Positions 11,770 through 22,393 of a stretch of 64,000 nt of DNA are shown one piece after another; positions within the stretch are counted from its first letter, which is position 1, and the number at the start of each line of letters is the position of its first letter. The notes under the pieces are model-generated. The model was not told the DNA's origin, did not search any database, and was given only the letters and a program-made list of their open reading frames with translations. Both the position numbers and the translations under genes were made by a program. The DNA comes from Salisapilia sapeloensis CBS 127946 (lineage: Eukaryota; Protista; Oomycota), in the NCBI GenBank assembly GCA_023334545.1, contig JAADVB010000023.1, forward strand, positions 1 through 64,000. Reading direction: 5' to 3'.

Positions 11770-13518
11770 ATGGCCAACCGCGGACGTCCACGGTTGCTCT
11801 CGATGCCTCATCGAGATGAAGCAGAACGCGTTCGGCAGCTTCTAGAAGACCGTCAGACTTTGTACTTGTCTTTGGTCGGTCGATCCAACTTTGTGCGAAA
11901 GGACCAGCGAACGAACTGCTACTTTTGCGTCCGTCGCTTTACACTATTTCTCCACAAGCAGCATTGCCACGGATGCGGCGAAGTGATTTGTAGTGGATGC
12001 AGTCGCCATCGCAAGGTTGAGCCGATCAATAGTCGGAGAAAGAGTCGAAACGTTCGCCTTTGCATGGACTGCATCGATAAGGCCACAGCTTCAGATGATG
12101 ACAAGCTTCATGGTAACCGAGGTCGAGAGAGCAACAACATGATTATCGAGAGCAGAGAAAAACGCAGTGGAACGGGCGAGACAAGGACAGATTCCTGTGC
12201 TTGGATGCTAACCGAGATGAGTACACTATCGATGGGGGATAACTACGACTACTTTGAGGAAAGCCAAGTCGAGTCAAGCACTAGTACGAGCGAAGATGAC
12301 CAAGAGATGAAGAACAATGATCATGACACTCTAAACATATTCAATTCTGAAACGATAGCAACTCCACCTAAAAGCTCTCCAATTGAATTTCTATCGAAGA
12401 ATCAGCAGGACCAGCTATACGAAGATCGGCGGCAAGAGATCATTGATGTCTATGGTGTTTTTGACGAGGGCCGAAGTCCGAAGGGGTATGAAGCGCTGTG
12501 TGATTTGGCTTGCCATGCACTCGCTTGTGAAGTTGCCGCTGTCGGGTTCATGCGGACGCACCATCAAAAGCTCGTGGCTAGCATTGGTATCGGACCGTCG
12601 GAACTCCCACGCAACATCTCTTTCTGTAGTCACCTGCTTAATTCGTCGTTACCGACTGTCGTGCTGGATACACGTGAGGATGTTCGCTTCTCTTCCAATC
12701 CTCTCGTCACCGGTTCTGCTCAGATCCGTTTCTACGCCTCGACGCCTGTTTGCGACCCAGGTACTGGCATTATCATAGGCTCTGTCTTTGTCATGGATCG
12801 TCAAGAGAAACGAGAGCTACCACCACACGCCATGGAAATGTTGTCGTACCTATCAACTGCGGCCGAGAGACTGTTATTGGCGAAGAAGAAGGAAGCAGTG
12901 TCCAGTCCAGAAGATCGACATAGCATTGCTACTTCCTTGGCTCAAAAGCCCAAGTCAAAGCATATTACGCACTCGCGTCCTCACTCCAGCTCCGATATTC
13001 GGTACCTTCGCGGCACAGCGTCCTCTGAGCGACGCCTATCTTCACTTGAAAGCGTCCCTGAGCATGATTTCCTCTCTCCAGTCAAACCTGCTGAAAAGCT
13101 TACGCGTCAGTCTTCCTTGGCGCTAGAGAGAGAGCAAGAAGCTGAATTAGAAAGACGAAGGCATACATATAGTAATTCTCGGTACGCAACCAAGTCGAGG
13201 CCAATCCCGAAGGAGTTGCTGCAGCTAGCTTCTTGTTCCAACCAACCTGCGGACTCCCAACTCCAATCGAGGTACTCTGCTCCGATGGAGGCGACATGCC
13301 TAGAGCTTCTTGACAAGGTTACCACGACCCACCAGCTCCTTCTCCGCCAGCAGCAAGTCATCTTTTCGACACTAAGTCAGCACTCGGCACGACTGACCGA
13401 CATTGAACGAGTCGTCGGTCGATTAGAGGTTAATTTAGATGATGCGATGGCAGAAAAGAAAGAAACGGATTTTCAACGGAGGAATAGCATGGGCTCCATC
13501 GACCTCGGCAATCCATAG
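11770..13518 (+). CDS. FYVE zinc finger + GAF domain protein
   Basis: Eight-Cys FYVE pattern (CYFC...HCHGCGEVICSGC...LCMDC) and GAF motifs (LPRNISFCSH, VVLDTREDVRFSSNPLVTG...IRFYASTP). First ATG taken at 11770. Confidence 0.88.
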   Translation: MANRGRPRLLSMPHRDEAERVRQLLEDRQTLYLSLVGRSNFVRKDQRTNCYFCVRRFTLFLHKQHCHGCGEVICSGCSRHRKVEPINSRRKSRNVRLCMDCIDKATASDDDKLHGNRGRESNNMIIESREKRSGTGETRTDSCAWMLTEMSTLSMGDNYDYFEESQVESSTSTSEDDQEMKNNDHDTLNIFNSETIATPPKSSPIEFLSKNQQDQLYEDRRQEIIDVYGVFDEGRSPKGYEALCDLACHALACEVAAVGFMRTHHQKLVASIGIGPSELPRNISFCSHLLNSSLPTVVLDTREDVRFSSNPLVTGSAQIRFYASTPVCDPGTGIIIGSVFVMDRQEKRELPPHAMEMLSYLSTAAERLLLAKKKEAVSSPEDRHSIATSLAQKPKSKHITHSRPHSSSDIRYLRGTASSERRLSSLESVPEHDFLSPVKPAEKLTRQSSLALEREQEAELERRRHTYSNSRYATKSRPIPKELLQLASCSNQPADSQLQSRYSAPMEATCLELLDKVTTTHQLLLRQQQVIFSTLSQHSARLTDIERVVGRLEVNLDDAMAEKKETDFQRRNSMGSIDLGNP

Positions 13519-13632
13519 ACATGTAAACAATACAAAACCATCTTCCATTTGTACTTTTCACTACGGCTTTCGCGTATTCTTGCTATCTTTCAGATTGCCC
13601 TGCTGCTATATCGGCATCGCAAGTGACGTTTT

Positions 13633-14475
13633 CTAGTTGTACTCCCAGTCCATCGCAACGGAATGCTGGTTTTGGTCCATTTCCATCTTTTGAAACCTCG
13701 AACGCACTGGAGACGATGCATCCCAGCTTAGACGATGCTGGTTCCCGTCTTCCTCACTCGCAAGACGCTGCCTCGACCATTTCTTCGTGTGATCCTGCAG
13801 CCACGGCGGAGGACTGAAACTGTGTCGATTCATATCCTCCATCTCTCTCGCCTTGTACGCGAGAATCTTCCTCTCTTGGGCGTACTGAATTTCCACCGGC
13901 TGAGAAGCAGTGATGGGTGCCTCCATCTCTTGGTCGCGGAAGGGAGAGGTAACGTCGTACGAGCAAAAGGATCTCGCTCGCTTCGCAAAAGGTCGAATGA
14001 TGTGCGTGGACATGCTCCAACGTCTAGTTGAGTGCTTCGGGTGGAATACATTGTGTCGAGTCTCCATCTCGAGGTCCTTTGCCAGGTCGGAATGCGACTG
14101 GCGCTTGCGCTTGTTCCGACGAAAAAAGTCGGTCAAGGCATCCGCACTCTCTTGCTGGAGCACGTCTCGGTCTAGTTCTGTTGTCTCCTCTTCGACTAGA
14201 GACTCAGAGTAGGACCCGGATAGAGAGATGGAGCCAGAGAAGGAGCTCGTGGCATTGGTTTCAATCCGAAGTTGGTGCTTGGCCTCGGTCTCAGGGTTGC
14301 CAGGTCGACGTTCCAACCGTCCAAATTCACCAGCATCATTGTCATCTTGCGTGAGTGGGATACCAAAATCGTCCATGTCGTTATCAAAAGTGAAGATGCA
14401 AGAGGTGGTGGAGGATTGGGACGACGGGGAGTAGTTGTCAAGATGGAAATACGCAGTTTGATCGTCTTGACTCAT
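13633..14475 (-). CDS. Hypothetical low-complexity S/D/E/R-rich protein, 280 aa
   Basis: ATG-started 843-nt ORF that overlaps no other credible gene and converges on the FYVE-GAF gene; no recognisable domain. Confidence 0.65.
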   Translation of the reverse strand: MSQDDQTAYFHLDNYSPSSQSSTTSCIFTFDNDMDDFGIPLTQDDNDAGEFGRLERRPGNPETEAKHQLRIETNATSSFSGSISLSGSYSESLVEEETTELDRDVLQQESADALTDFFRRNKRKRQSHSDLAKDLEMETRHNVFHPKHSTRRWSMSTHIIRPFAKRARSFCSYDVTSPFRDQEMEAPITASQPVEIQYAQERKILAYKAREMEDMNRHSFSPPPWLQDHTKKWSRQRLASEEDGNQHRLSWDASSPVRSRFQKMEMDQNQHSVAMDWEYN

Positions 14476-16247
14476 TTTTATAGATACTTGTTTCGACTAC
14501 GTAGAGGTTTGTTGGACAATAAAGCAAAGGACGATGGACACGAACGACGAGAGAGTTGGTGTGAACTGGAGAAGTCTACGACTATTGGGATAGGCAATTA
14601 GTACGAGGAAGAATTGAGGCATTCTAATGCCACTACGATCTTGGCATGATGATACAAGTAGCGATAAGGATGGGTGCGTATGTGTATTAGAGAGTGGATT
14701 GGTGTGAACAGACTATAGCAACGGAATAAAGATCTTACATGACGATTCGACCTCTCGATACAACGGTTGATCCGAACGTAAGCCGGGTGTATGCTGTCAC
14801 CACCACTTCGCTCCGGTGGTTTTAGTAGTAGATAGCTCTTGTACGATCCACGTCTACACCCTCGATTCGTCGTCTGACGCCGGTAAAAGAGCGAATGGAG
14901 CTTTCCACGACGAGCACCATCGCGGCCTTCTGGTGCTCTTGGAGTGGCCCGTCAAGAGGCAGCATTCAATTTCCAAGTCAAGTCGGTAACCTGTATACAA
15001 AAACTGCAACGTATCGGTTTTAGAAGGACCAAACGACCTTTGAATATGTACTTGTCTTGCCAAGAGGATGTGTTCGAGAATGCATCATGTAGGGGTACAA
15101 TCGAACGAACGGTTTCGCCTTGTAGACAAATGGACGCCTCTAGCTAGAGGTGGGACAGCAAGTGAGGTGTACTTGGTAGTCGGCTTGTACGGAGGTTAAT
15201 CGAAGGTGGATAGCTCTATTGGTGGTTTGTCTTGGTCGTTTTGCTGTCTTCTTCAAGCACTGCTTTCAACTTGATGCTAGTGTCCTCTTGTTTGATGCAA
15301 CCAGCTTGGTGGCTCCTTGCAATTGAGATTGCTGGTAGAGCCTAGGACTTGCGGACAGATTTGCCGTTTGATCGATTGCCTTGCGCTAGATGTCTTTGCA
15401 TGACGAGGCTATACCTGAAAGGGGTCATCAGCTCATTGAAATATAGATTAAAAAGCCGTTCTCACGTGTATGCGCCTAAAGATGATCGGCCGATTATAGG
15501 AGACAAAGACCTGGAGGGTGAAGATACAAAAGTCGATATCCGTGAGACTTACATCGGAGTCAATAGAAGAGCTTGCTGCTATAACAGGGCTTTCGTTTCG
15601 AAATGCAGCTAAGAATGAGAAAAACAAGTACGGTGGTAAAACTCCGGACGAATAGCTGCGTGAGTCGGGTTAATTGGCAAAACATAGGGAGAACTAGCAC
15701 GGTATGACTATGCGCTTGCGGATCAGATGATCATGCAAGTCTTAGACGAGACCTTTTCACATTCGTCAAGATTCGATGGTACCAAGTACTAGCATCCCGT
15801 ACTCATCACCTTCACTCGGCTCCTCTTCACCATGAGAGATTAACAAGTGTGCTAATAAGCGTTCCCTGCATCGATCATTTCAAGATACATCACATCACAG
15901 ACTGGATATTGTAATCAGACGATTCCGCAACATCTACCAGCATACAAAGCAACGCAAGCATATTTTTCAAAGCGCAACCAGTCTTCATCCATACGAACCT
16001 ATGTATTCAGCTCAAATATCTAGACGTCTGGTCGGGAAAAAGGACAAGTACGACTCGGAAGGAGCTGTCGAAGATACCATATTCACTAAGGTACGAACGT
16101 TCCTAGTCGAACTTCAACTTCAAGTTGAATTCGGTTCGTTTTTGCCACCAGAGGTGGTCGTCTCAACACTGAGCAGCTCATTCCTGCGTCTACCCTGCCG
16201 AGCCAAAGCGCATACGTCCTCCCTCACATCACTTTTGAACCTCCAAG

Positions 16248-18132
16248 ATGCTCCGATCTGCTTTATCACCACGCCTCTTACGTCAGCAAAAGCCTCTCCT
16301 TCGCTCCTTTTCTTCCTCTGTCGTACGTCATATCTTTTCCCTTGCGTTTCATCTCGATGGAAACCGTAGGGCGGATCGACCTCCGAATGCAATGACTAAC
16401 CCGTGCTCGGATATGTTCAGGAAAAGGTCCCGCTGTTCATTGACGGTAAGTTCGTCCAGTCTAAGACGGACAAATGGATCGACGTCACGAATCCCGTACG
16501 TGCACAACCTTTCATCCTCCCTCGTGTTAGTATTGATCTCCTTCCCCCTAGGCAACGAATGAAGTGATCTGCCAAGTTCCAGAAGCTACGCAAGAAGAGG
16601 TGTGCCCAACACTTCTTCCTACTAGTGCACAAAACTGACGAGAAAGCATTAGATGCGAGCAGCCACGGACGCAGCCAGCCGAGCTTTCAAGACGTGGCGT
16701 AACGTCGGCGTTCAGCAACGCCAGCGTGTGATGCTCAAGCTCCAGCAGCTCATCCGTGAACACACGGACGAACTGGCCAAGAGCATCACCATCGAGCAGG
16801 TACCGGCATCTTTTCTCCTCCATCTATAGCTCCACTAAAGTTCATTTATCGTAGGGTAAAACTATTCCGGACTCGAAAGGAGACATCTTCCGTGGCCTTG
16901 GTACTTGTTATATTTTCTTCTTACTTATATAAAGTCTAACGTCGTATGCAGAGGTTGTGGAACACACGTGCGGAGCTGCGTCGCTCATGATGGGCGAGAC
17001 ACTCGAGAACCTCTCCGCCTCCCTCGACACGTACTCGTACAAGCAGCCACTGGGTGTCTGTGCTGGTATCTGTCCGTTCAACTTCCCCGCCATGATCCCG
17101 CTCTGGATGTTCCCTGTCGGTGTCGTCGCCGGAAACTCGTACATCCTAAAGCCTTCCGAGAAGGACCCGGGTGCATCCATGATCCTCGCCAAGTTGGCAC
17201 AAGAAGCAGGTCTGCCGGACGGTGTCCTCAACATCATCCACGGCGCACACGATTCGGTCAACTACATTTGCGACGCTCCGGAGATCAAGGCTATCTCGTT
17301 TGTTGGTGGTAACGCTGCCGGAGAGTACATCCACGCACGAGGATCGGCGAATGGAAAGCGTGTGCAGGCCAACTTGGGCGCCAAGAACCACGCTGTCATT
17401 CTCCCTGACGCTGACAAGGAGCAGACGATTGGAGCTTTGGCTGGTGCCGCCTTTGGCGCTGCTGGTCAGCGATGCATGGCGTTGTCTGTCGTCGTCCTCG
17501 TGGGTGAGACCAAGGAGTGGGTGCACGACATTGTCGCCAAAGCCAAGTCGTACTCTGTGAACGGCGGCATGGAAGACGGTACGGATGTCGGACCGTTGAT
17601 CACGCCGGAAGCACTGAACCGAGCGGAGAGTATCATCCAGAAGAGTGTGGATGAAGGTGCTGAGCTGCTGTTGGACGGTCGTGGCGTCCAAGTGCCAGAC
17701 TACCCCAATGGAAACTTCCTCGGCCCGACGGTCTTGACTGGCGTGAACACGCAGAACTCGGCGTACAAGGAAGAGATCTTCGCTCCTGTCCTCGTGTGCC
17801 TCGAAGCCGACTCGTTGGATGAAGCGATTGAAATTGTCAACAACAACCCATACGGCAACGGAACGTCGGTGTTCACGGCCAGTGGCGCTGCTGCACGCAA
17901 GTTCCAGTACGAAATTGATGTCGGTCAAGTGGGTATTAACTTGCCGATTCCTGTGCCGCTGCCCATGTTCTCGTTCACGGGCAGCAAAGCTTCAATCCGT
18001 GGAGATGTGAACTTTTACGGTAAGAGCGGCATCAACTTTTACACGCAGATCAAGACGATCACGAGCCACTGGCCGTTTGGAGAGAAGGAGAAGGCCAACT
18101 TTGGTGCGACGATGCCGACGATGGAAAAGTAG
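16248..18132 (+). CDS. ALDH6A1: Mitochondrial methylmalonate-semialdehyde dehydrogenase (CoA-acylating), 6 exons
   Basis: [56 protein letters not shown]. Presequence [23 protein letters not shown]. Introns 16323-16420, 16496-16551, 16600-16652, 16800-16854 and 16901-16951 join in frame. Confidence 0.95.
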
Positions 18133-18959
18133 TGCGTGGATAACGTCGATGGAACGCAAGGGTAGACAACAAAGAGTGGATTTCAAACCTTGCCATCTAT
18201 TGTTTTATGTCCTATGCCAAGGTACGGAGATCGATATACTTTACGCAAAGATACTACAGCGGTCACTGCATTTTGTCTGGGGGAGGCTAAACGCAGTGAC
18301 TGGTGTAATCGTGGTGTAGATGTAGTACTCAAGGATGCTTACGAGTAAGACTTTGCTGTTCACGGTGATGCCGTTCATAAATACGATGTATATAGTCCTC
18401 TTCCTATTGATAGTCGCTTAGGTAGCTTTGGCTTTAAGATAGAAATCGGTGGGAGCATTGAGGTGCTTCGTGACGATTGGTGCTGTAAAGGAATTTCTTG
18501 GTCCAATTAGATCCTGACAGCGCTCTGACAGGGAGATGAGGCTTCGTTGATGGGTTGTAAAGCATTCGCTCTCAAGTATCCCTAAAGACTGTCTGGTGGA
18601 GTGTAGCTGGAGAAGATGGAAGCGACGAGTGAGCTTTAAAACGCATGAATGATTAGACTATTACCAGACAATATATCACATGGGGTAGCATAGCAATACT
18701 GGTAGAGTATCTATATTAGATATCCTGTCAAGTATTCATACTTTAGATACCCTAAAACCAAGTCTAGATACATTACTGACATCAACTTTGACCATCATTC
18801 TCGGTATCTAGCACGGACGAAGTACTGTAATCGAACTGACTGAACCATAAACTTCTCCCGTATACGTCCTGAGGCAGTTTCCATGCTAAATATTAATCCG
18901 GCTTGGCGCCATTTGCATTGTCTTCATTACAAAACTTACCAACAACAACTCAAACCAAC

Positions 18960-19733
18960 ATGTCCTCGCCGTCCATCGCCATCGCTTTCTTCGGTTCAAC
19001 CGGCGGAAGTGCCAATGCCTGTCTCTCTCGTGCTATCGAGAACGACTTCAAGTGCTCTGCTCTCGTGCGAAGCAAAGACAAACTTATGAAGATGCTGCAA
19101 GAGCGAAATGTCTCGGAAGCCAAGATTACCAGTAACCTCAAGATCATCCAGGGAGATGTTCGCAATGAAAACGACGTCAAGAATACGCTTCTCTACGACG
19201 AAGATCTCGCCGAGGTCATCGTGAGTGGTGTAGGCGCCAATATTGAGCCAAAAGACATGCTCCACTGGAAGCCTCCGATGCCCGACAAGACGATCACCCA
19301 GGATACTGCCATCACCATCATGAAGGTTCTCCATTCGATTCAGAGCGAAAACAAGACGAGTAAGAAACCGCACTTCGTCTCTGTCAGTGCGTCTGGCATC
19401 GATGGCATGTATGACGTTCCGTTGCTGGTGCGACCATTTTTCCTCTGGTTGCTACAGGAGCCTTACGCTGACAAGAGAGTTATGGAGCAAACTATCAGGT
19501 CCGAAGCCAGCGATGAGGAAGGCAAGGGCGCGATCTCTGGCTACACCATCCTCCGGCCAAGTTTCTTTACAGATGGCGAGTCGAAACCATTGGAGGAGAT
19601 TCGAGTGGGAGATGACCAAGAGCCTGCCGTCGGGTACTCCATCTCCCGTGACGCCGTTGGACTGTGGATCTTTGAACGCAGGATCAAGAGCTATCCGATC
19701 GAAACGAGTGGTATCGTAACCATCACATACTAG
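18960..19733 (+). CDS. NAD(P)H-binding Rossmann-fold oxidoreductase (atypical SDR / flavin reductase-like), intronless
   Basis: N-terminal IAFFGSTGGS dinucleotide loop, ALVRSKDKL, IIQGDVRN, VIVSGVG, YTILRPSFFTDG, GYSISRDAVG. Confidence 0.85.
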   Translation: MSSPSIAIAFFGSTGGSANACLSRAIENDFKCSALVRSKDKLMKMLQERNVSEAKITSNLKIIQGDVRNENDVKNTLLYDEDLAEVIVSGVGANIEPKDMLHWKPPMPDKTITQDTAITIMKVLHSIQSENKTSKKPHFVSVSASGIDGMYDVPLLVRPFFLWLLQEPYADKRVMEQTIRSEASDEEGKGAISGYTILRPSFFTDGESKPLEEIRVGDDQEPAVGYSISRDAVGLWIFERRIKSYPIETSGIVTITY

Positions 19734-19825
19734 GACTAAAGAATACACCTACGTTTCTTTCCTGAGAAACGCACTTGCTTAAAGGAAATAAACGTGGATG
19801 ATTGAATGATTGATTGAGATGGTTG

Positions 19826-21177
19826 TTATAGTATAAGCGACGTGACACTGCCTGGGTTGGTGGATCTATCGACATCGACTAGACCGGCGTTGAGCAGCAT
19901 GTATACTGCTCTCGGGACACCGTCTCGACCTCGTCTCGGCGTCTTGGGGGCACGATCTCCCTCCAAGGACTCGAGGTAGTCCAATGTCAGACGCTGGAGC
20001 TGGTCCAGCGGCAGTTCTCCATTATGATCCGCTAGCACCTGCAGCAGCGCCATGCCAACGATGCCATTGTTCCTACCTTCTTCTCCTTCCGTCGCGTAGA
20101 TCTGTAGCACTCGATCGACGAGACCAGCCATGGCTTTCTTTGTGTCACCCACCAGCTGTCTCACACGCTCCTTGTCTCCTCTCTTCTCCTTGACCTTTTC
20201 GTTCGTCTCTTCGAGTCGAGAAGATAGGTCCGACAGATCGACTTCTTGGTCCTTGTCTTCATGACGAAGAACCTTGTCCTCCAACTCCTTCTTCCGTTCC
20301 TCCAAAGCAGCTACGTGAGACTTTAGCTCTTTCACACGCTGGTCGTCCGACACGTCTTTCGAGGACGATTGAGCCGAGAGACGCGATAACCGAGCCTTTC
20401 GTTGTCGCTCTCGTTGTCTCCTCTTCAACGAGTCCAGAGCAGCCTGGATATCTGTCTGCTCTTCCACTCGCAAGTCTCGAATCTCCCGCAGTCGCTCCAC
20501 TTCGAGTCTCTTTGCCTCGACTGTCGATTTCTCATGGACATTGTCGACGGAGCCTTGGGAAGATCTGGACTGATTCTTCTCAATTGCTTCATCCAGCTTG
20601 TCGTTCTCTTCCTGCAGATTCTCAATCTCCTGGTCTAACGCTACGACTCGTTTCTCTCGAACTTTCATCAATGCATCGAAATCCTGCTCCTTTTTCTCCA
20701 ACTCTTGATCCACGCGTTCATTAATAAGGACTTCATGTGCCTGCGCATTCGCCTCCTTCTCCATACGAGGCACAGACACTGAAAGGCTTTCAAACCGGTC
20801 GAGAATGTCCTGACATTGCGATCGCTTGTCCGGGTCTAGACCATGTCAGAGCTACAGAAGAGTCTGTATAGACTATATAGCATACCGGAAGCGTCCTGAG
20901 CTGCACGACGCAAAATATCTTGCCATGTTTCTTCCTGATGCGTATCTACTGCGTCGTGGACGGAAGAAGGGACGATGGCGTAGAGCGAGGAGGACGACGG
21001 ATGTGTGGTTTCGACGCGACGGAATTTGCTACGAAAGTCCTTTTGAAAAGATGATGATGTGGCTACAGACTTGGACCGATTGGCCGTCGGCATCACTTCC
21101 AGTAGCGACTGTGCGATCTGCTTGAGCTCCGCGACATCCTGGTCCAGCTTGGCACCTCCATCTCCATACACGGCCAT
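19826..21177 (-). CDS. Hypothetical coiled-coil protein with a compact C-terminal domain, 2 exons
   Basis: ORFs 20836-21177 and 19826-20779 join in frame through a 50-nt intron (20836-20885, GTATGC...CTGAC...CTAG). Long heptad region, then an alpha/beta-like C-terminal ~75 aa. Confidence 0.75.
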
Positions 21178-21355
21178 TTTCGTTGCGTTTAAACGTTCGC
21201 GCCTAAATTTTGACTTGGATAAAGTATGAATGAATGTGAAGTGGTCGTAATAAGTGTTTCTTGAAGCTTAGAGTGGAAATGGAAGTGGATATGAACTACG
21301 CAAGCGACATGGAGACAAGCATGTTAAAATGGTCAAGGTGATGTTTATATTCAAC

Positions 21356-21829
21356 TTAGATCCATTCCTTTGCAGCTTGTGCACCAGATTCGTTGATCTT
21401 GTCGACGCCATTGAGTTCAACGACGCTGCCTTCGTCGTCCACGATGACGAGACTGGGCAATCCACCGAGACGGTTGGAGACACCGACGTCCTCCGCCTCT
21501 TTCGAAGCACAGACACTGTATTTACGCTTCAGTTCGTTGCGAAGAGAGCTGTCGAACGGGATCATCCACCAAGGTCCTTGCTTATCCTTCAAATGGGCAG
21601 CTTGATCGCCTTCCGACTTGTCCGAGCCAACAAAGACGATCTCGAGCTTCTTCTCGTTGGCATTCACATTTTCGTAAAAGCTGTTCAACGTCGGCTGAAA
21701 GTTCCGGCAGTCAGGACACCAGTCCGCTGCAAAGTAGATGGCACATCGCTTATTTGCAAGCACCTCCTCTCCGTTCTTCACGACGCCACTCGCGTTCGCA
21801 AGAGCTACTTGACTGAAGAATTTGCTCAT
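21356..21829 (-). CDS. Nucleoredoxin / tryparedoxin-like thioredoxin
   Basis: CAIYFAADWCPDCRNF active site, LEIVFVGSD, WWMIPF, GLPSLVIVD. Confidence 0.92.
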   Translation of the reverse strand: MSKFFSQVALANASGVVKNGEEVLANKRCAIYFAADWCPDCRNFQPTLNSFYENVNANEKKLEIVFVGSDKSEGDQAAHLKDKQGPWWMIPFDSSLRNELKRKYSVCASKEAEDVGVSNRLGGLPSLVIVDDEGSVVELNGVDKINESGAQAAKEWI

Positions 21830-22393
21830 CTTTTCTGTCTTGTGTAATTTTAGCTACTTCACGAACTGAAAGGTGTGTGAGAGTTGGTACGTTAGTTTGA
21901 CACCAGAGTAGAAATAGGGCCAGAGCCGAGGACATTGCATCATCTGAGTGACTATGAAGTGAACGATAGACCTTGCTCTTTCCTATGGTAGCAACTGATT
22001 ACCTCATGTCTCTTTTTCATTGCTACCGTCATATACGGCCTCTTTGTCTTTGACGATGGCACAGGACGGATCTGACTTGCCGTTTAGCAGGCAACCTTTC
22101 GACTTCAAGTTGACTGATCCAAGTTTCAATGCAACTACAAAATAGGTTTCCAGCGTCGTCATCAAGTCGGGTGATCAGAGCCTAAGAAAGCACTCCTTTG
22201 GTCATAGAGCACTCGACCTTGTACGCTAAATGTACTTGGTAGATACTTCGGTCAATATAGAAGAATATGCACATAGTGGCTCGACAGTGTCCACTTCCAA
22301 CCACACTAAAAGGAGTCAAATACAAGTTCCATGATCAAAAGTGCGTGCATTCAGTCTAGTCTTCATACGTGTCACACCCTTCTGCAGACCCGG

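Noticed and set aside
14646-14880. C-box-like ATGATGA suggesting a C/D snoRNA
   Set aside because: The nearest CTGA is about 230 nt away and there is no terminal stem.
16001-16369. 122-aa ORF upstream of ALDH6A1
   Set aside because: It overlaps the promoter, exon 1 (other frame) and intron 1; no homology cues.
16320-16420. Nested intron (stwintron) or GC-AG double-intron reading of ALDH6A1 intron 1
   Set aside because: The reconstituted donor (GTCGGC) and the GC donor are both non-consensus, and the inner unit has no branch motif.
17146-17928. Long antisense or alternate-frame ORFs (e.g. 17146-17928, 28076-28477, 30189-30572, 39150-39929, 6512-7270, 23425-23925)
   Set aside because: They lie opposite well-supported genes with strong codon bias and have no motifs of their own; treated as shadow ORFs.
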